Source: Hyphochytrium catenoides (taxonomy: Eukaryota; Protista; Hyphochytriomycota). Taken from it: a stretch of DNA of 64,000 nucleotides. The first letter of the stretch is position 1. Each line of letters begins with the position of its first letter. The translations under genes were made by a program, and so were the position numbers. The notes beneath the pieces are model-generated. The model was not told the origin of the DNA and searched no databases. It saw nothing but the letters and a program-made list of their open reading frames with translations. Below are positions 13,293 through 26,434 of this stretch, in pieces. The stretch spans positions 1-64,000 of the forward strand of contig FLMG01002540.1 in the NCBI GenBank assembly GCA_900088475.1, read 5' to 3'.

Positions 13293-13319
13293 CCAGCAGA
13301 AGCAGCAGCAGCAGCAGCA
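13293..13319 (+). repeat. Short (GCA)n microsatellite
   Basis: cagcagaagcagcagcagcagcagca tract. Confidence 0.6.
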
Positions 13320-14080
13320 TCGCCTGTCTGCCAGGTAGAACTAGAAAGATTTACTCCGAAGTATGGAAGAGGACCAAGCAATTGAGATCGTCATGAGCCC
13401 TCAGTTCAGCGCCATGTTCGGCATGATCCTTGCAATCCAGATGAATCAAGGCCGTGGAAGTCTGGTTGCCAGATACATAGCAAAAGGGCGAGGTAGTCCC
13501 TGTATGTAAGTGCTGGAAGCTATGAACCAGGAAGCCACTCTTTGGTGGCTTGCAAGCACTATCAGTCCTTACAAGGTTAGCACCGAAACGAACAACAAAA
13601 CCTCTAGCACACTTGCGCTCGGTGATGTTTCCCGATACATAGAGATAATGCTATTTGTTGAACCTCTTCCCTCGGATTCTTTTCATAGCTTCTGCTATCC
13701 CTAGCTTCTCCGTCAATGTGGCTATTGATGGTAAACGAACTCAGCCTCGAATGTTTGGGGAGGGATATGGAGGGATATCTCTGCAAAAATATCTGTTGGC
13801 AGTTCTATAGAACGGCTGTCAAGCCGCTGGGAAGACGATAAATCATGGCGTAACAGGCTTTCCCGATGACTAGGTATAAAGGCTTAGTAGCGAAGGTTAA
13901 TCTTAATACTCTCTGCGCTACTTTTGAGGCGGGAGCAGACAGGGCATCACAAAGAGCCTTACATCCTCGCCCTCCCCTCTGCCAGATCCTTGGTAGACGT
14001 AGACCTTTGAATCGCCCTTTGAACAGACGAGCAACGGTTTACCAAGAAGTGCAGAGCAAAGGGTTGATGGTGACCACGGC

Positions 14081-17000
14081 CTAGTCATTTTTAGATGAGC
14101 TTGGCTGGTGGTGGTTCATTGCTGGGGAGGCTACTGCTGATGAAGCAGCTTCTTGCTGCTGTTTGACAGATGCGGATGGAGCTCCCCCATTGCCGCTCTC
14201 TGCCTTGAGGCTGCTGGACGTGCTTTCTGGCTTCTCGGCTGCTACTCTTGTCCGGGTGGAGCCGAGCGTTGGGCTAACTGAGGAGAGGCGGCCCGTAGCA
14301 GCTATGGAGGGGTGGTTCCTGCCTGTCATATCGATACTGGCTCTTGGCCCATTCATACCAGCTGTAGGAAGAGCAGACGACGGCTCCAGAGCTGAAGCTT
14401 TCTTAGTGGACGTCCGAGAGCCAGGGTTCTTATAGAGGTAAAAGAGCTTTGGTGTCATCACCAGCACCACACAGATGACAGACACCAAACAGCAAGAGAC
14501 ACTGAGTAGCACCACTTTAATGTCTGCAGCGGTGTCTATCCCTAGCGTCAGAAGTAATGTCAACCCACCCATCAAGGTAGCGTTGTACAAGCCAATAGCC
14601 AGTTGCTTAGCCTCAGAATAGTCCTCCACGATATGCCAGGACTTGACGGCTAAGTACACTCCCACGCCTAAGATAACGCCCTTGTATGCCAGCATCACGT
14701 AGAGACCATTGTTGTTACCATAGTCACAGACTTCCCTCGGGACGTCGCCTACTATGTCAATGGACTCTAGTGTCGTGGTGGATGACATCTTACTAGCAAA
14801 CTGCCACGAGAGAAGAATGATCAGGTCCACCAACAGGAACACTAAAGTCTCTCCCGCCACTCGGAGGTTTGAGACCACCATGCGCCTGATAGTCTTTTGA
14901 CCAAACAGCATGTATACGCGTTTGAGCTTCATCAATAACGGTGCGAAGAGGACAGAGAAGCTCAGACTGAGGGCCCAAGGGCGAAGGACGCAGTTCTGGT
15001 CATTGTTCTCTCCTAAGAGAGAGAGAGAGGATACCGCAAGCAATATGGCGCCAACTATAAAAAGAAGTGTAAAGTTGATCTGAGATGCCACCAGGGCTTT
15101 GGAGAAGCGATAGTAGTAGGTGAAGACCATAAACGGCAGAAGAAGGAGACAGGACAGGATGACCAGCGCGACAATCCCGATGCCCATGGACGAATCGACA
15201 GGGACATGCTCGCAGCCAAACTCAATATCATCCTGCAGAGAAAGACCTCCAAGACAGGCCCTGTCTTCTTCTTCTCCATTTTTCCACCTGAAGCTTGCAG
15301 TGACCACCTGTCGCCGGCATGTAGAGAGAGAGAAGACCATATCCTCTCGTGTACAGGGAGGCTGAGGAGACAAAATGGAAGTTTTACCAAGAGAGACGGA
15401 GTTCACTATGGGCTGGCTTAAAGCTACCCCGAGCTCTGGTGTCAGCATGGCTAGATGCTTGTACATTTCGCTCGTATAGATCCAGTCCATAAATCTGGCA
15501 ACCTTCTTTGCGATGACCGAAGCATCTGCGGTCCAGACCCTCTTTGCCATGACATTATATTCAATAGATAAAGGCCAGCACCCCATCTGCGTGACATGAC
15601 GAAATGCGCTGCCATACTTTGAAATCTTCTGCACTGCCTCCATCTCCAGGCTAGCGATACAGTTCCGCATAGTAGTGAGATCAGGATTGATCACCTTCTT
15701 CCCCGTTGCGCCCCGTTCACCCTCTTCGATTGCCATCAGCACCAGGGAAGTGTCTAACTGCTCACTCTCTCGGGTCCAAACGAAACCCATGGCACCTTGG
15801 ACAGTGGCCACGGTTCCTCGAACTCCAAACTCTGAAGTTAGTTCAAGCACGTTAGATCGGAACGTCCGCAGAATGTTGAGGTTGCTAGGGCCGAAGACTT
15901 TCGAGAAGTCTGCGCTGACGTTGCTTAGGTATCCGCTAACTAAGTAAGAAATCTCAGTTGCTCCCACGTCGATAGCAATGATGATAGGGGCCGATGGTAA
16001 GGTCTTGTCCGGATTGAGCTCTTGAATCTTGGGATCATTCCAAGTGCTAACGTTCCCTAGGCATATTTCAGCGAGGAGGTTGGGCGTGACGGTCACGTTA
16101 CGGATAGTGGATCCAAGATTCATTATCATCGACACCGTGCCCACGAAGAATGGGATAATAGCAACCTTCCCCTCTGCGACAAGGGTCTGGCTGGCATTGT
16201 CCATAGATAGAAATACTGCGCTAGGCATCAAGCCTACGCTAAGTTCGCTATCGAGGTCCGAGCCCACACTTGAGATCATGGTAACATCCTCCATCCAAGA
16301 TGGAAACGCATGCACAACGTGCGAGCTGTTAGCCCTAAAATTATCAGCCATCATCTCAACAGAGCTCTGCATGTATGGGGAATATCCGAGGTAGAGCTTC
16401 GAGCCCATGTCCGCCACAGTGCTTACTTGGACACAGCGCCTACCAGACCCCAGACAAGTGCAGACAGCCTTATCCACACCGATACAGTTAGGAACACAGC
16501 TCATCCTCTCAAGCATCAACTGGACAACCGCTCGCCGCGAGAAATCGCTGAGGACAGCATAACCAGCAGATCGTGCTACATCCGCGAACTGCGGATCAGT
16601 GAATGTCGACCGAAAGAACTCGACTACAGCACTCCGGTGCTGACAGCTATTGATATGAGTCTTCGTTCTCAGAAGAATATAGGTCATGGCGTTGATGGGC
16701 CAGCCAAGAGGAGAGTGAGTGTCGATTACGCTGGCGTTGAATCTGGAGTCGAATGTGCCTTCAGCAACCATCAAGGCGGCTGTAACTGAGTCCACTGAAG
16801 CCGTCACCAGAGCATTAGCACGATTGAAGAGCTGTACTGGAAGGAAGTCACGTTGCACGGCTTCTGAGTAGAACATATACGTGAGCGAGTACGGAATCAG
16901 GTTGAACTGCAAGGGGCCAAAACGAAGGGAGGGTTATTAGTGCAAGTAGAGGACGATGATGCTTGTAACAATATATATGGCAGCTCGCCGAAGGAGTAGC

Positions 17001-17925
17001 AGATACCAACTGCGAGTAGGTTCCAGGCAATTTAAGAGGGGCAGCATCACCAAAGAAGAGAAACATGAAGAGCATCAGATAGAATAAGGTTGAAACAAGA
17101 TGAAAGAGGGCTAACGGGCAGAGGCTATTGGGGCAAATTATGGGACCATTGCCTAAGTTCAGAAGGTAACATCTGGGCCACAACGAGATGAGGACTTACT
17201 GCGGCAGTGACGCCTGGTATCTCTTTGGCAGTGAAGTATGTTCGTGTGACATTCCCCTCTGCACAGCTTACTTTTTGATAGGGAAGCGTAGGGTCAGACG
17301 TCACATTAGTGGTCCCTTGGCACCATCTAGGGAAACTGGAGATTCCGATAGTTGACGCGAAGTCTGCACTGAAGGAACTGAGAGCGGTAGTGAAGATAGA
17401 GCTGACAGCTAGAGAGACGCTTGGTACAATGATATTTATGGGCTCTGGAGGCAACGAGATGGAAGGGTTCAATGCAGTGATGTTGGGATGATCCCATCTC
17501 GTGATCCTTCCCATGAAAATATCTGCAATGGCGTCTCTGGACAAAACCAAGTTATCGCCCTCGACCAACTCTGCGATATTTACGACGGGAACGACTGCTG
17601 TCACCACAAAGGGAACCATAAGAAGGTCCCTGTAGGCTTTAAAGTCTGACGGCGGAAGCATGACGTCCAGGGCTCCGTAATGGGTGGTAGCAAGGTCCAG
17701 GAGTTCATTTCTGGCCTTCATGGATGTCTTACTGTGGTGCTGGAGGATGATCCTAGGCAGCCCTCTTGCATCGGCCGCCGTGTTATAGATGCGATCCAAC
17801 CGAGGGAAGAGCGGTGCACTCATGGTGCCACCGGTACCAAGCAGTGTAAAAGCTTCATCTGCAACAACGTTGCGGATAAAGCACACCAGCGACGGCAGCA
17901 GTAGTCCCCATATGCAGCGCAGCAT
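14081..17925 (-). CDS. Class C (GABA-B-like, 7tm_3) GPCR with two tandem PstS-like type-2 periplasmic-binding domains; about 1183 aa, 2 exons (17925-17200, 16906-14081); alternative ATG at 17955
   Basis: Signal peptide MLRCIWGLLLPSLVCFIRNVVA. PstS-type motifs LVLSRDAIADIFMGRITRWDHPNITALNP, GWPINAMTYIL and a second copy LAEICLGNVSTWNDPKIQELNPDKTLP. Cys linker CTREDMVFSLSTC...CLGGLSL. 7TM with ASQINF, CVLRPW...LFAPLLMKLKRVYMLF, YKGVIL...YSEAKQL, PKL. One in-frame GT-AG intron at 16907-17199. Confidence 0.88.
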
Positions 17926-20900
17926 GACCCTGTCAGAAGCAATAACTTTTATCATTTCTCTTCTTTTCTGTGGCCTTCTCGCTGAGGAACGAAAGGAGCA
18001 GGACCGCCCTGCGTGGTACAGAGCTTTCTGGCAAATGGTGGAAGACTTCTTCGGAGCAAGATGATATTTTAGGGCAACGACATCGCATCTGGAATTATAC
18101 GGATGAAGACGTCTATCTGCACAGACTCTTCTCACCCCAAGCCGTTAGCTCGCCTTGAAGTTAGGAGTCGATTGTTCTCCACTCAGCAGAAAGGATGATG
18201 ACTGCCATACACAAACCAATAGTATTCTTGCAGTCCAGAAGCTATCAGATTTTTGCTAGACTAAGCTCCTCTTCCATTGTCCCTTTGCTCGGCCTTCCCC
18301 CATCACTCTCACTCGACTCTCTGAGATTCTTGGTCTTAGTTCCTAAGCATAAGTCCTTGGACATCCTCAGTCGTCCGCGGTTTTGCTCCGGAGAAACATG
18401 TACTGAACTGGTCTGAAAGAATGAAGGGTAGGCAGCCGATCTTATCCACTGCTGTCTATAAAACCATGACAAAATCGCACCACCACATTATTGGGGAGGA
18501 CGCAGAAGAAGATGGTCTTTGATGGGCAAAGCTGGACAAGAAGGCGCCATTTGGCATCGGTTATTCGCCATCTTCTCTCCCTCCTGCTTGTCTGTGACCA
18601 AACATCTTTGCTCCAAGTTGGAAGAAGAGATACTTGCCACTCCTTGATGAGAACAGAAGAGTGGCCTAAAAGTGAACAATAATACTGAGGTGATAAAGGC
18701 ACTAGTGATGGGAAGGTTTGCTGTATGATCTGTACCATGCCGTACATTTGCCTGGCTGTCCTCTCGTAGTTGGTTGTTACACAAGCACCTTCTACCCCTA
18801 GCATGACTCCAAGAGTCTCTTCTTCGCCTTGTAACGGACAGACAGTGGTGTCGGCTGCCGCAGCATTCCTCAAATAGGAGCAGACAACAAGCGCGAGGAT
18901 GACGGGAAGTGCACAGACGAGACTGTGAGCGCATATTTTGAGCAGCACTTCAATAATACTTTCTCCCAGTTGTCATCTCAGGGTCTGTGGCGCGCCGCCC
19001 TTCACAAGTTCCACCACGAGAGGACAGACCTCCGAGTTGCATGACATTGCGGACGGAAGTGTACTAGGTGAGGAAGGGGGCGATGGATGGGCTTAGCTTT
19101 GAGTAACCAATAATATGACAAAGATTTGATAGGACAGTTTCATTTTTCCTGCTCGTGATGAGCTGCACTGGATTGTATGATGATGAACAGACAGACTGCT
19201 ATCCTCTGAGGAGGACAAGACCTATTTATTGATTATGCAGTATCAGGACTGTGCATTGCTTTTCGTACCAGAGACACAGCAGAGCGCGACAACTCTGCAA
19301 CAGCACAACCTTGTTTTTGAGCAGGTAGGGTAGGCAACAAGGGACAAAAAAAGAGCAGGAAACCGCCGTGGACGGAGGTGCGACTTAGAAGAAGCCCGGA
19401 CGTGAACGAGTCTTTTCTTTCCGGCCCGACCACCAAGAATGGGACGAGGATAGGTAGGCGAGGCAAACCTTAACGACCAAGAAACAAGACTGCAGGGAGC
19501 ACACTTGGAGGAAAGGGAAGGAGGTGAGGGAAGGAGGTAGCCTAGGAGGAAAAGCCACAGCGGGCCGAAAAAAAGAGAGGCAGAGACGAACAGAAGAGAC
19601 AAGAGTAGTACAGTAGCAGATAGCACAATGACTACCCATCAGTAAGAGGGAAATTGAGGATGGAGGACGACGTCCCAGCTGTTAACAAAGACTGGAATGG
19701 AAAGCAATGAAGGCATCAATTCCCTCCTCTGTATACGCGGAAGGGGGTTCCTGGCTGCACATCAGTGAGTGCTTGGTAATGTCTTCCGTCGGAGTAATAA
19801 TACAGGAGGGTCGTATGTAACGGACGTCAAAGGCAGAGCTTCAGAGTGACAGAGGTATTGATGGCTGATAGTAATAGTGCCAAGGTGGTCGTGGATAAGT
19901 CAGATTGGTTTGGCAGTGAGGAGGGTCAGAAGGCAATGATAAACAAGAGAGAAAAAGAAAGGGGAAGGCAGAGGTCAGGATGCGGTAGCAATGACAAGAA
20001 TACTATGGATCACGACAGCGTAAGTGTAGAGCTTTCTGACAGTTGCTGTTAGCTAAGGTGCAGTCGTACGGGAGCCGCTAGTAGGGCAGTGAAGAGAAGG
20101 GTTGACAATGAAGAAGCATCAGAGCTGTCATTAGAATCCGAGAAAAAAAATTGTAGGAGGTGGAAGAAAGAATAAGAAAGAGAAATAGGTGAGAAGGAAG
20201 GTGAGAAGAGAAAAAGAAAGAGAGACACAGCAGCAGAGGCAAAAAGAGGAGTGTCAGAAGAATAGGGTGAGAGAACCAAGTCCGCCATTTCCCGAAAACT
20301 CACATACTTTTCATGGCACAGTGCGCCTTAGAGCCTGGTAAACATTTATATCATCACGTAAATTAAAGGTCAAGCCTCTTCCATACATTGGTGACAGTGA
20401 ACCTTTCTGTAGCAGTTGACAAGGCTTGGTTATGTACACCACGTTTCTCTTCAACTATCATCTTCTGCCCTTCCCTTTTTCAGCGCTTATCGATGTAACT
20501 TCCTGCTTGGGTCGCTTTCTTCATCACCCTCAGATCTTCGTTGCGCGCCTGACACCCACAGCACCAACAAGAACCAGCACTGGTTTTGTCAGGTCCACTA
20601 CAGGCGGTAAGGATAGTAGTATTCTCCCTCAACCGACGTCGTCATGAGAAGACATGAGGCACTTGCTTAGGTCGTTGTCCAACAGCGTCAATAAACATTT
20701 TACCTTACTATTACAAACACTAATCTTCTGATGGCAACAAACAAAGACTTCGAGCTTCTCAAAAAATCTAACTTCCTAGTAAGTTCTTTCCCCTATAACG
20801 TATCATCCTTCACGCGGAGCATTGTGAATCTTCCATTGCAATATGAGGAACGATGGGGCCGCGTAGTCAGGATGCAGTATAATATAAGGCCTATTTCTGT

Positions 20901-23900
20901 CCTTACTGGTCACCAAGGGCCGGGGCCACGATGGAGAAAAACCTGTCGAAGAGAAACTCTAGGTCGTCAGCGGTCAAATGGACCTGGTCCCTGATTTTTC
21001 TGCATCTATCACTTACGTACCTCCTCATGCAACCTGCAATCGCGACGGTCATGGCATCAAACATATCCATGCGGCGAGAGACAACTTGCATTCAACAATA
21101 AGGCTGCAATTATGCATCAACACCACCAATCATCATTTCCACGGATCTCTTTGCCATGGAAGAAGACGATGATAATTGCACATCTTTTATTTGAATTCAA
21201 CTACCTTTGTAACAAGAATAATTAGGAAGTTAGAGCGCAGGGAGTAGCTCGCTTGCCGTCCTCTGAGATTGAGCGGAGGCCGTAGTAATTCAGCCGATGG
21301 AAATCTTTAGACACTTATTATCGGCGTGCTGAAAGTCTTCACTAGGAACTACTAAGTATGGCGCCTTGTTATTATCTTACAAAAACCCTAGAAGTACCTG
21401 GTTCATTTTCTTCCCAAGAATTGTGCTTCCTTACAGCGCGGTAGGGTCCAACGTTCTAGATGATCAAAGGATCCAGAGGATGTCATCAAACAGATGGAGC
21501 CACTCAGGAGTTTAAATCAGTGGTCGAACACCTGCTGCGGGAGAAGAGCACCAATGACAAAGAACATGAAAAGAAGCGCAAGCGACCACAAACTCCCTTC
21601 AATGATTGATGCGCCATTAGGTTGATGCTGCAGAGGTGTACTCCTGAACCCACCAACGAAGATGATGATGCTAAGAACTATTCAACCTCGGGCCCTCTTC
21701 TGTGGGGCGACGGACTGGACGGAAGGGGCGGCAAGACTGATTTCTCGGTCAGAGCTCAACCATCATTGGCGATAGGCACGCGCTCGGAACTTTGTGGTGT
21801 TATAACACATCATCAGAGAACGAGGACCTAATTTATCTTGGAGCTTGATACTCGATCTCTTCTCTGGCAGTGACCATCGTGTATTCCCGTTTTCAATCGG
21901 GGAACCAAGAGGTAGGCAGCCTGTACTGCTTGAAGATCAATGACCCACAGGGGTTCAGATGGATCGGTAGCAACCCTTCAACGATATGGGGCGACCGCCA
22001 GAAACCTGACTAACTCCCTGCGGGTGTCCAGGCCCAGCTGGGCTTGCCGCCGTGAACAAAAGGCGACTCTTCCCGCCCTGCTAGAAGAAGAACTGAATCT
22101 ATCCACACTTATTACTTTGACCCTTGTTGTTGGTTGCATTTATACTGTCGTCTCAAGAGTCGCCCCACAAAAGCGGGGCCGGTAAGGACCACGGCATCCG
22201 ATGGCTCCGCATCTGCAGGGAAGTTGGTGACAGTGGCTATGCGGTGGAAACCCAAACAAGACTTCAAATATACTCATCTATTATGGTAGTAAGCTGCAGT
22301 ACAGACTCACAAGCAAACTGACTGTGGCTACAGAGCACACTTAGGGCTACGTCTAGAACTACGTCGTACTTGTACAGAGAATGAGCAACTCTGGAAAAAC
22401 CATGCTCAACCACTGCCCCTTTCTCTGGCATAATTGCTGATGGTGATAGTATGGCACGTAACAGGGAGATACACCGCAAATGTAGCAATAGCTTGATGAA
22501 TGTTCCCAACTGCAACTCACTTATAGACCAAGTACTTGTAATAGTTCTACCTTCCACAGAGGAGGCCGGTGGATGGGATTTCCCTACATCATCAGCGGCA
22601 GAATGTGCTTCCACTTGCAGAAGATGCTTAGCTTGTGGGTCTACACGCGGGCTTTCAGTTTAGAAGTTTAGGAGGGTCCATCGACGTGGAATCGCATTTT
22701 GCATGAGTTTTTGAAAAAGAGTTGAGACAATATGGCGCATCAACACCTTCTTTACTAACAACCTAAAGGGAAGTGATGGCGTCGATGTTAGGCCCTTCCG
22801 TCTCGAGGCTTTGCTTGGCAGGGGCTCAAGCTTGGAATAATGGCCGAATGAAGGCGCCATTAGCAAGAGATTGAGGGCGTGACCTCATGGCCCATTTGTA
22901 CCTTGAAAGAGGACGGATCTACTTCCACTTGCATCTACACTTTCTCCCATAGTTTAGCAACTACATATCAGCTGCCCCGGGAGCTTTCAGACAAAAGAGC
23001 GGTTGTCATCTTGATTTGGCTCTGCAACTCTACTGGAGGTAGTCCACTTATTCAGGGACCAGGTGATAGAGGGGATCATAGAACCCTCTATTATTGGGCT
23101 CTAAACTGTTGCTAGGAGGCACTTTGGCTGGCTTGGTCATTCCATTGAGTTGGGGCCAATGGTGTCCGTTACAAAGCACCATACGCGTGCCTTTCCTGCC
23201 TTGCCCAAAGCTTCTTCTGCTGGATTTCCGTCCTTATTGCCGCGCGTCACCCCACAATGGGCGAACACAAGGTCACAAGCTGGCACAACTTGCCCTGCAG
23301 CTATAACGCAGAGACAGGGTAGTTCTACCCGACTCAGCTCACAACGGTGTTATAGAGGAGAAAGAACCCTGCCTTATGATACTTCGTCTGAGCAGGTGTT
23401 GTTACCGCCATGTATAGAACCACTCTACACAGCCTTCCCTTCTGACCAATACCTACACAAACCGGATCGTTTCAATCAAGCTTGTCTGGTTTACCCTTGC
23501 TTTGCTTGCTTCATCGTTGACCAAGAAAAGCCTTTCCTTTTGCAGGAGGGTTGTAGATCTACGAGTTCTATCTCTTGGTCATTGATAAATTCTGAACCTG
23601 AGCTTGGTCGATATTGGACCTCTAATGAGGGAATTATTTGGTCCTGAACTCGCCACTTTTGCCCTGGCCCTCCCCTCCGATCCTCGCAGCTGAGTTGACA
23701 CCACTGTTCGCCAATACAATGTGGCGCAGGGGATACAAGGAGAAAGGCCACAATGGGCAAAGGGTCCAAAGCATAGGCTAGCTAACGGATGAAGGCCTAA
23801 CATCCTCTTAACCTCAAGATAATCTGAGGAGGTGGAGGTGGTGGCCCCGCATATGAGAAAAGACTAAATAGACTTTATTATACCCAATGAAACGAGTAGG

Positions 23901-25321
23901 CCTAATGGGGAGGGTGGGGCAAATCTTTACCCAGTAATAGCTAGTAGATTACCAGGGCGGATGGGCAGGCTATGCCAATGAGCGACATGTCTGGCACCAA
24001 TGGCCTTCTTCTAACATTCTGCCTAACTTTCCCAAAGGTTCCTATCTTATCTCCTCTTTGACCGGTCCTCATATCTCGATGCAATGAACTAGCCCCTAAA
24101 ACTATTCAATGTATGTCTCTGTCTCTCCTTGGTTGACTCTTACTTAGCATATCTCCCCCAACTCTAGCTAGTACTTGTACCTTGGTGTCTCTCAAACCAA
24201 TCTCTTTCCTCGTAGTTCCACCATCGCTCTTTTCTCCCTTGTCCTATCCCACTCTGTCTCGTCCCCTGCCTGTCAGGTTCTTGTCACCCTATTTTTGGCC
24301 TGTCAATAAGCTCGTACATAGGGCAGGTGAATGAGAACAGAGAACGAGGAAGAAGAAGCGTTCTCCTTTCTCTCCAGTTCTCAGTCGCTCGGGCTCGTTG
24401 TTCCTGTCTCTCTTGTTGCCTAGGACGCTGTCACTTTCTAGTTAAGTAAGCTACTCTTTCTGTTCTGGTAGGTCCTCTCTTCCTCAATCTGTCTGTTTGG
24501 CTTGGCGAAGCAGAGAGCGGGAACGTGGGGTACAAAGGTCTTCTTCGAACGATGATGAGGGGCTTAGGGCCTGATATGGCGAGGAAAGGGAGGCTAGGAG
24601 AAAAAGGGATGCGAGAGGATTACAAAAGGAGGTGATACAAATAGACCGCTCAGCCAGAGAGACAGAAAAGTGTGGCAAAGCTGAATGAGAGGACCAAGAG
24701 CCAATAAATCAAGAGAGAGAAACAGGGAGAGAGAAGGTGGTGGAGAAGATGAGAAGAAAGAGTCCCTTCTCCTTCTCTCACAGTCCCACCACACAGCGTC
24801 TGGCTATAATTAACGTCTGACAGTACTGAAAACGTGGAAAAGCTACCTTTCTACATCCTTCTATCTTACTCTGGCCACACTGCCTCCTCTTTCTCTCTGC
24901 TTGCTGCCCCCACCTCTATTGTCCTACGAAAGCCGACATCTTTTCCATCCCTATCTAGCCTGCTCTAGCCTTCTCCATCCTTCTTGTGTCCTCTCTTCAC
25001 TTGTCTCTTTCAACACTGATTTGCCTCCTGGCCAGTCCTGTCCACAACTAGACTTCTTGCAGACTAGGAGGAGTACAACTCAGCCGCGCCTGCCCTAGAA
25101 GCAGAGCGCAGTTTCTTTTTGGGACAGAAAGGGAATTTTGTAAGGATTGTGGTCCCTGTCTTGTCGATCGGCGTTGTAGCGAGCAACTCTAACTCTCACT
25201 TTTACATTGGGAGGCTGAGGAGTTTTTGAAGATTCCGAGCTCACGCTATTTGACCATGATTGAGACATTGAGTAGCCACTATCATCACCGTCACCAGATC
25301 CTTCCAGGCTCACACACAATC

Positions 25322-26434
25322 ATGAACAGCGATCCCTCATCAGTTAGATTTGAGGGCTATCGTGGACCAGGAGTTCAGGAGTACGTCCCTCCTCTACCTA
25401 AGCTTCTCTCTGCTGGCCCTGGAGGCAAGCTTGCATCACGATCTCCAGGCCTCACTATCTCAACCTCAGCCCCACCCATGGCTTCGACGAATCCATCTCC
25501 AACAAGTGTTAGCAGCCTAGATGACCGTAGCCTGAACAGCTCTGACGAGATGATGATCCGTGCCAGGGTCAGCAGCACGCCATCCTCCTCGTCACCTGTC
25601 AGTTCTTCGTCGCCTTCTAAGACTAGAAAGCTATCGACTACCACACCCAGCAGCAGCAACGAATCTAGGACTCAACTCTCAGCCAAGAAGCAGAAGACTG
25701 GCGATAAGCCTACCAAGAAGCATCCAAAGTGCCTCTACGAGAACTGCACCAAGTTTGCAAGGCGTGTTGGCGAGTTTCAGTACTGCATGCGCCATTTGCC
25801 GAAGAATATGAAGCGGTGGTGTATTGTGTGTAACGAGCACATCGCTCAATACGCTGGCAGGAAGTGTGCTTCGTGCGCAGGCAAGGCTTCCACACCTGTG
25901 GCAAGCACCGCTATTAAGAAGGTCGAATACCTACCCAAGCAATACAGCCCGATGTCGGGAATAACCCACGGCGTGGGTTATCATCATCCCACACAGCCTA
26001 CATCCTCTCCATCCTCTCGATCAGCCTACCATCATGCTCACCAAATGGTGAATGGCATGCCGTCTCCCATGGCCCGAGGTCATCATCACCCTATGCCATC
26101 ATCATCCGGAGCTGAGGACTGGTACTACGGAAGTACTTCTATGGCTGCGGCTGGCCGTCCGATGCATGGGCACACTGGGGTTGGGTATGGAGAATATTTG
26201 AGCATGATTCATGAGCTTTCTGCGTTTCACGCTCAGAATGGGCTTCCTAGCCCGACATACCGGGAACCAGCGGGCCACATGTGGATGCAGCCCTCTCATT
26301 GCAAATCTGTTCAACAAACAACACACGGGTACCATCATCCAGCGGTGCATCCATTCGCCGCCACCAGCAGTGGCATCTACGGGGCCCCACAAGTTGCGCA
26401 ACAATGTCAGGTTGTCAATCAAGCGCAGTATTGA
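25322..26434 (+). CDS. Single-exon low-complexity protein with a Cys/His zinc-finger-like region; putative transcription regulator (370 aa)
   Basis: Long ORF with an S/P-rich N-terminus, basic KKQKTGDKPTKKHPK, CLYENCTKFARRVGEFQYCMRH plus CIVC...CASC, and an H/P/M-rich C-terminus. Confidence 0.7.
   Translation: MNSDPSSVRFEGYRGPGVQEYVPPLPKLLSAGPGGKLASRSPGLTISTSAPPMASTNPSPTSVSSLDDRSLNSSDEMMIRARVSSTPSSSSPVSSSSPSKTRKLSTTTPSSSNESRTQLSAKKQKTGDKPTKKHPKCLYENCTKFARRVGEFQYCMRHLPKNMKRWCIVCNEHIAQYAGRKCASCAGKASTPVASTAIKKVEYLPKQYSPMSGITHGVGYHHPTQPTSSPSSRSAYHHAHQMVNGMPSPMARGHHHPMPSSSGAEDWYYGSTSMAAAGRPMHGHTGVGYGEYLSMIHELSAFHAQNGLPSPTYREPAGHMWMQPSHCKSVQQTTHGYHHPAVHPFAATSSGIYGAPQVAQQCQVVNQAQY

Noticed and set aside
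12660-13700. Short protein-like frames between the chitosanase and the GPCR
   Set aside because: Interrupted by stops, with no family motif and no consistent splice model.
14163-18064. Several plus-strand ORFs of 60-159 aa
   Set aside because: Antisense shadows of the long GPCR exons with no recognisable motifs.
17956-18135. 60-aa N-terminal extension of the ORF-track GPCR exon 1
   Set aside because: It starts at a non-ATG codon and precedes a clear signal peptide; ATG 17955 or 17925 is more plausible.
21600-23800. Possible retrotransposon or DNA transposon
   Set aside because: No RT (YxDD), integrase, DDE motif, LTR or TIR could be identified by eye.
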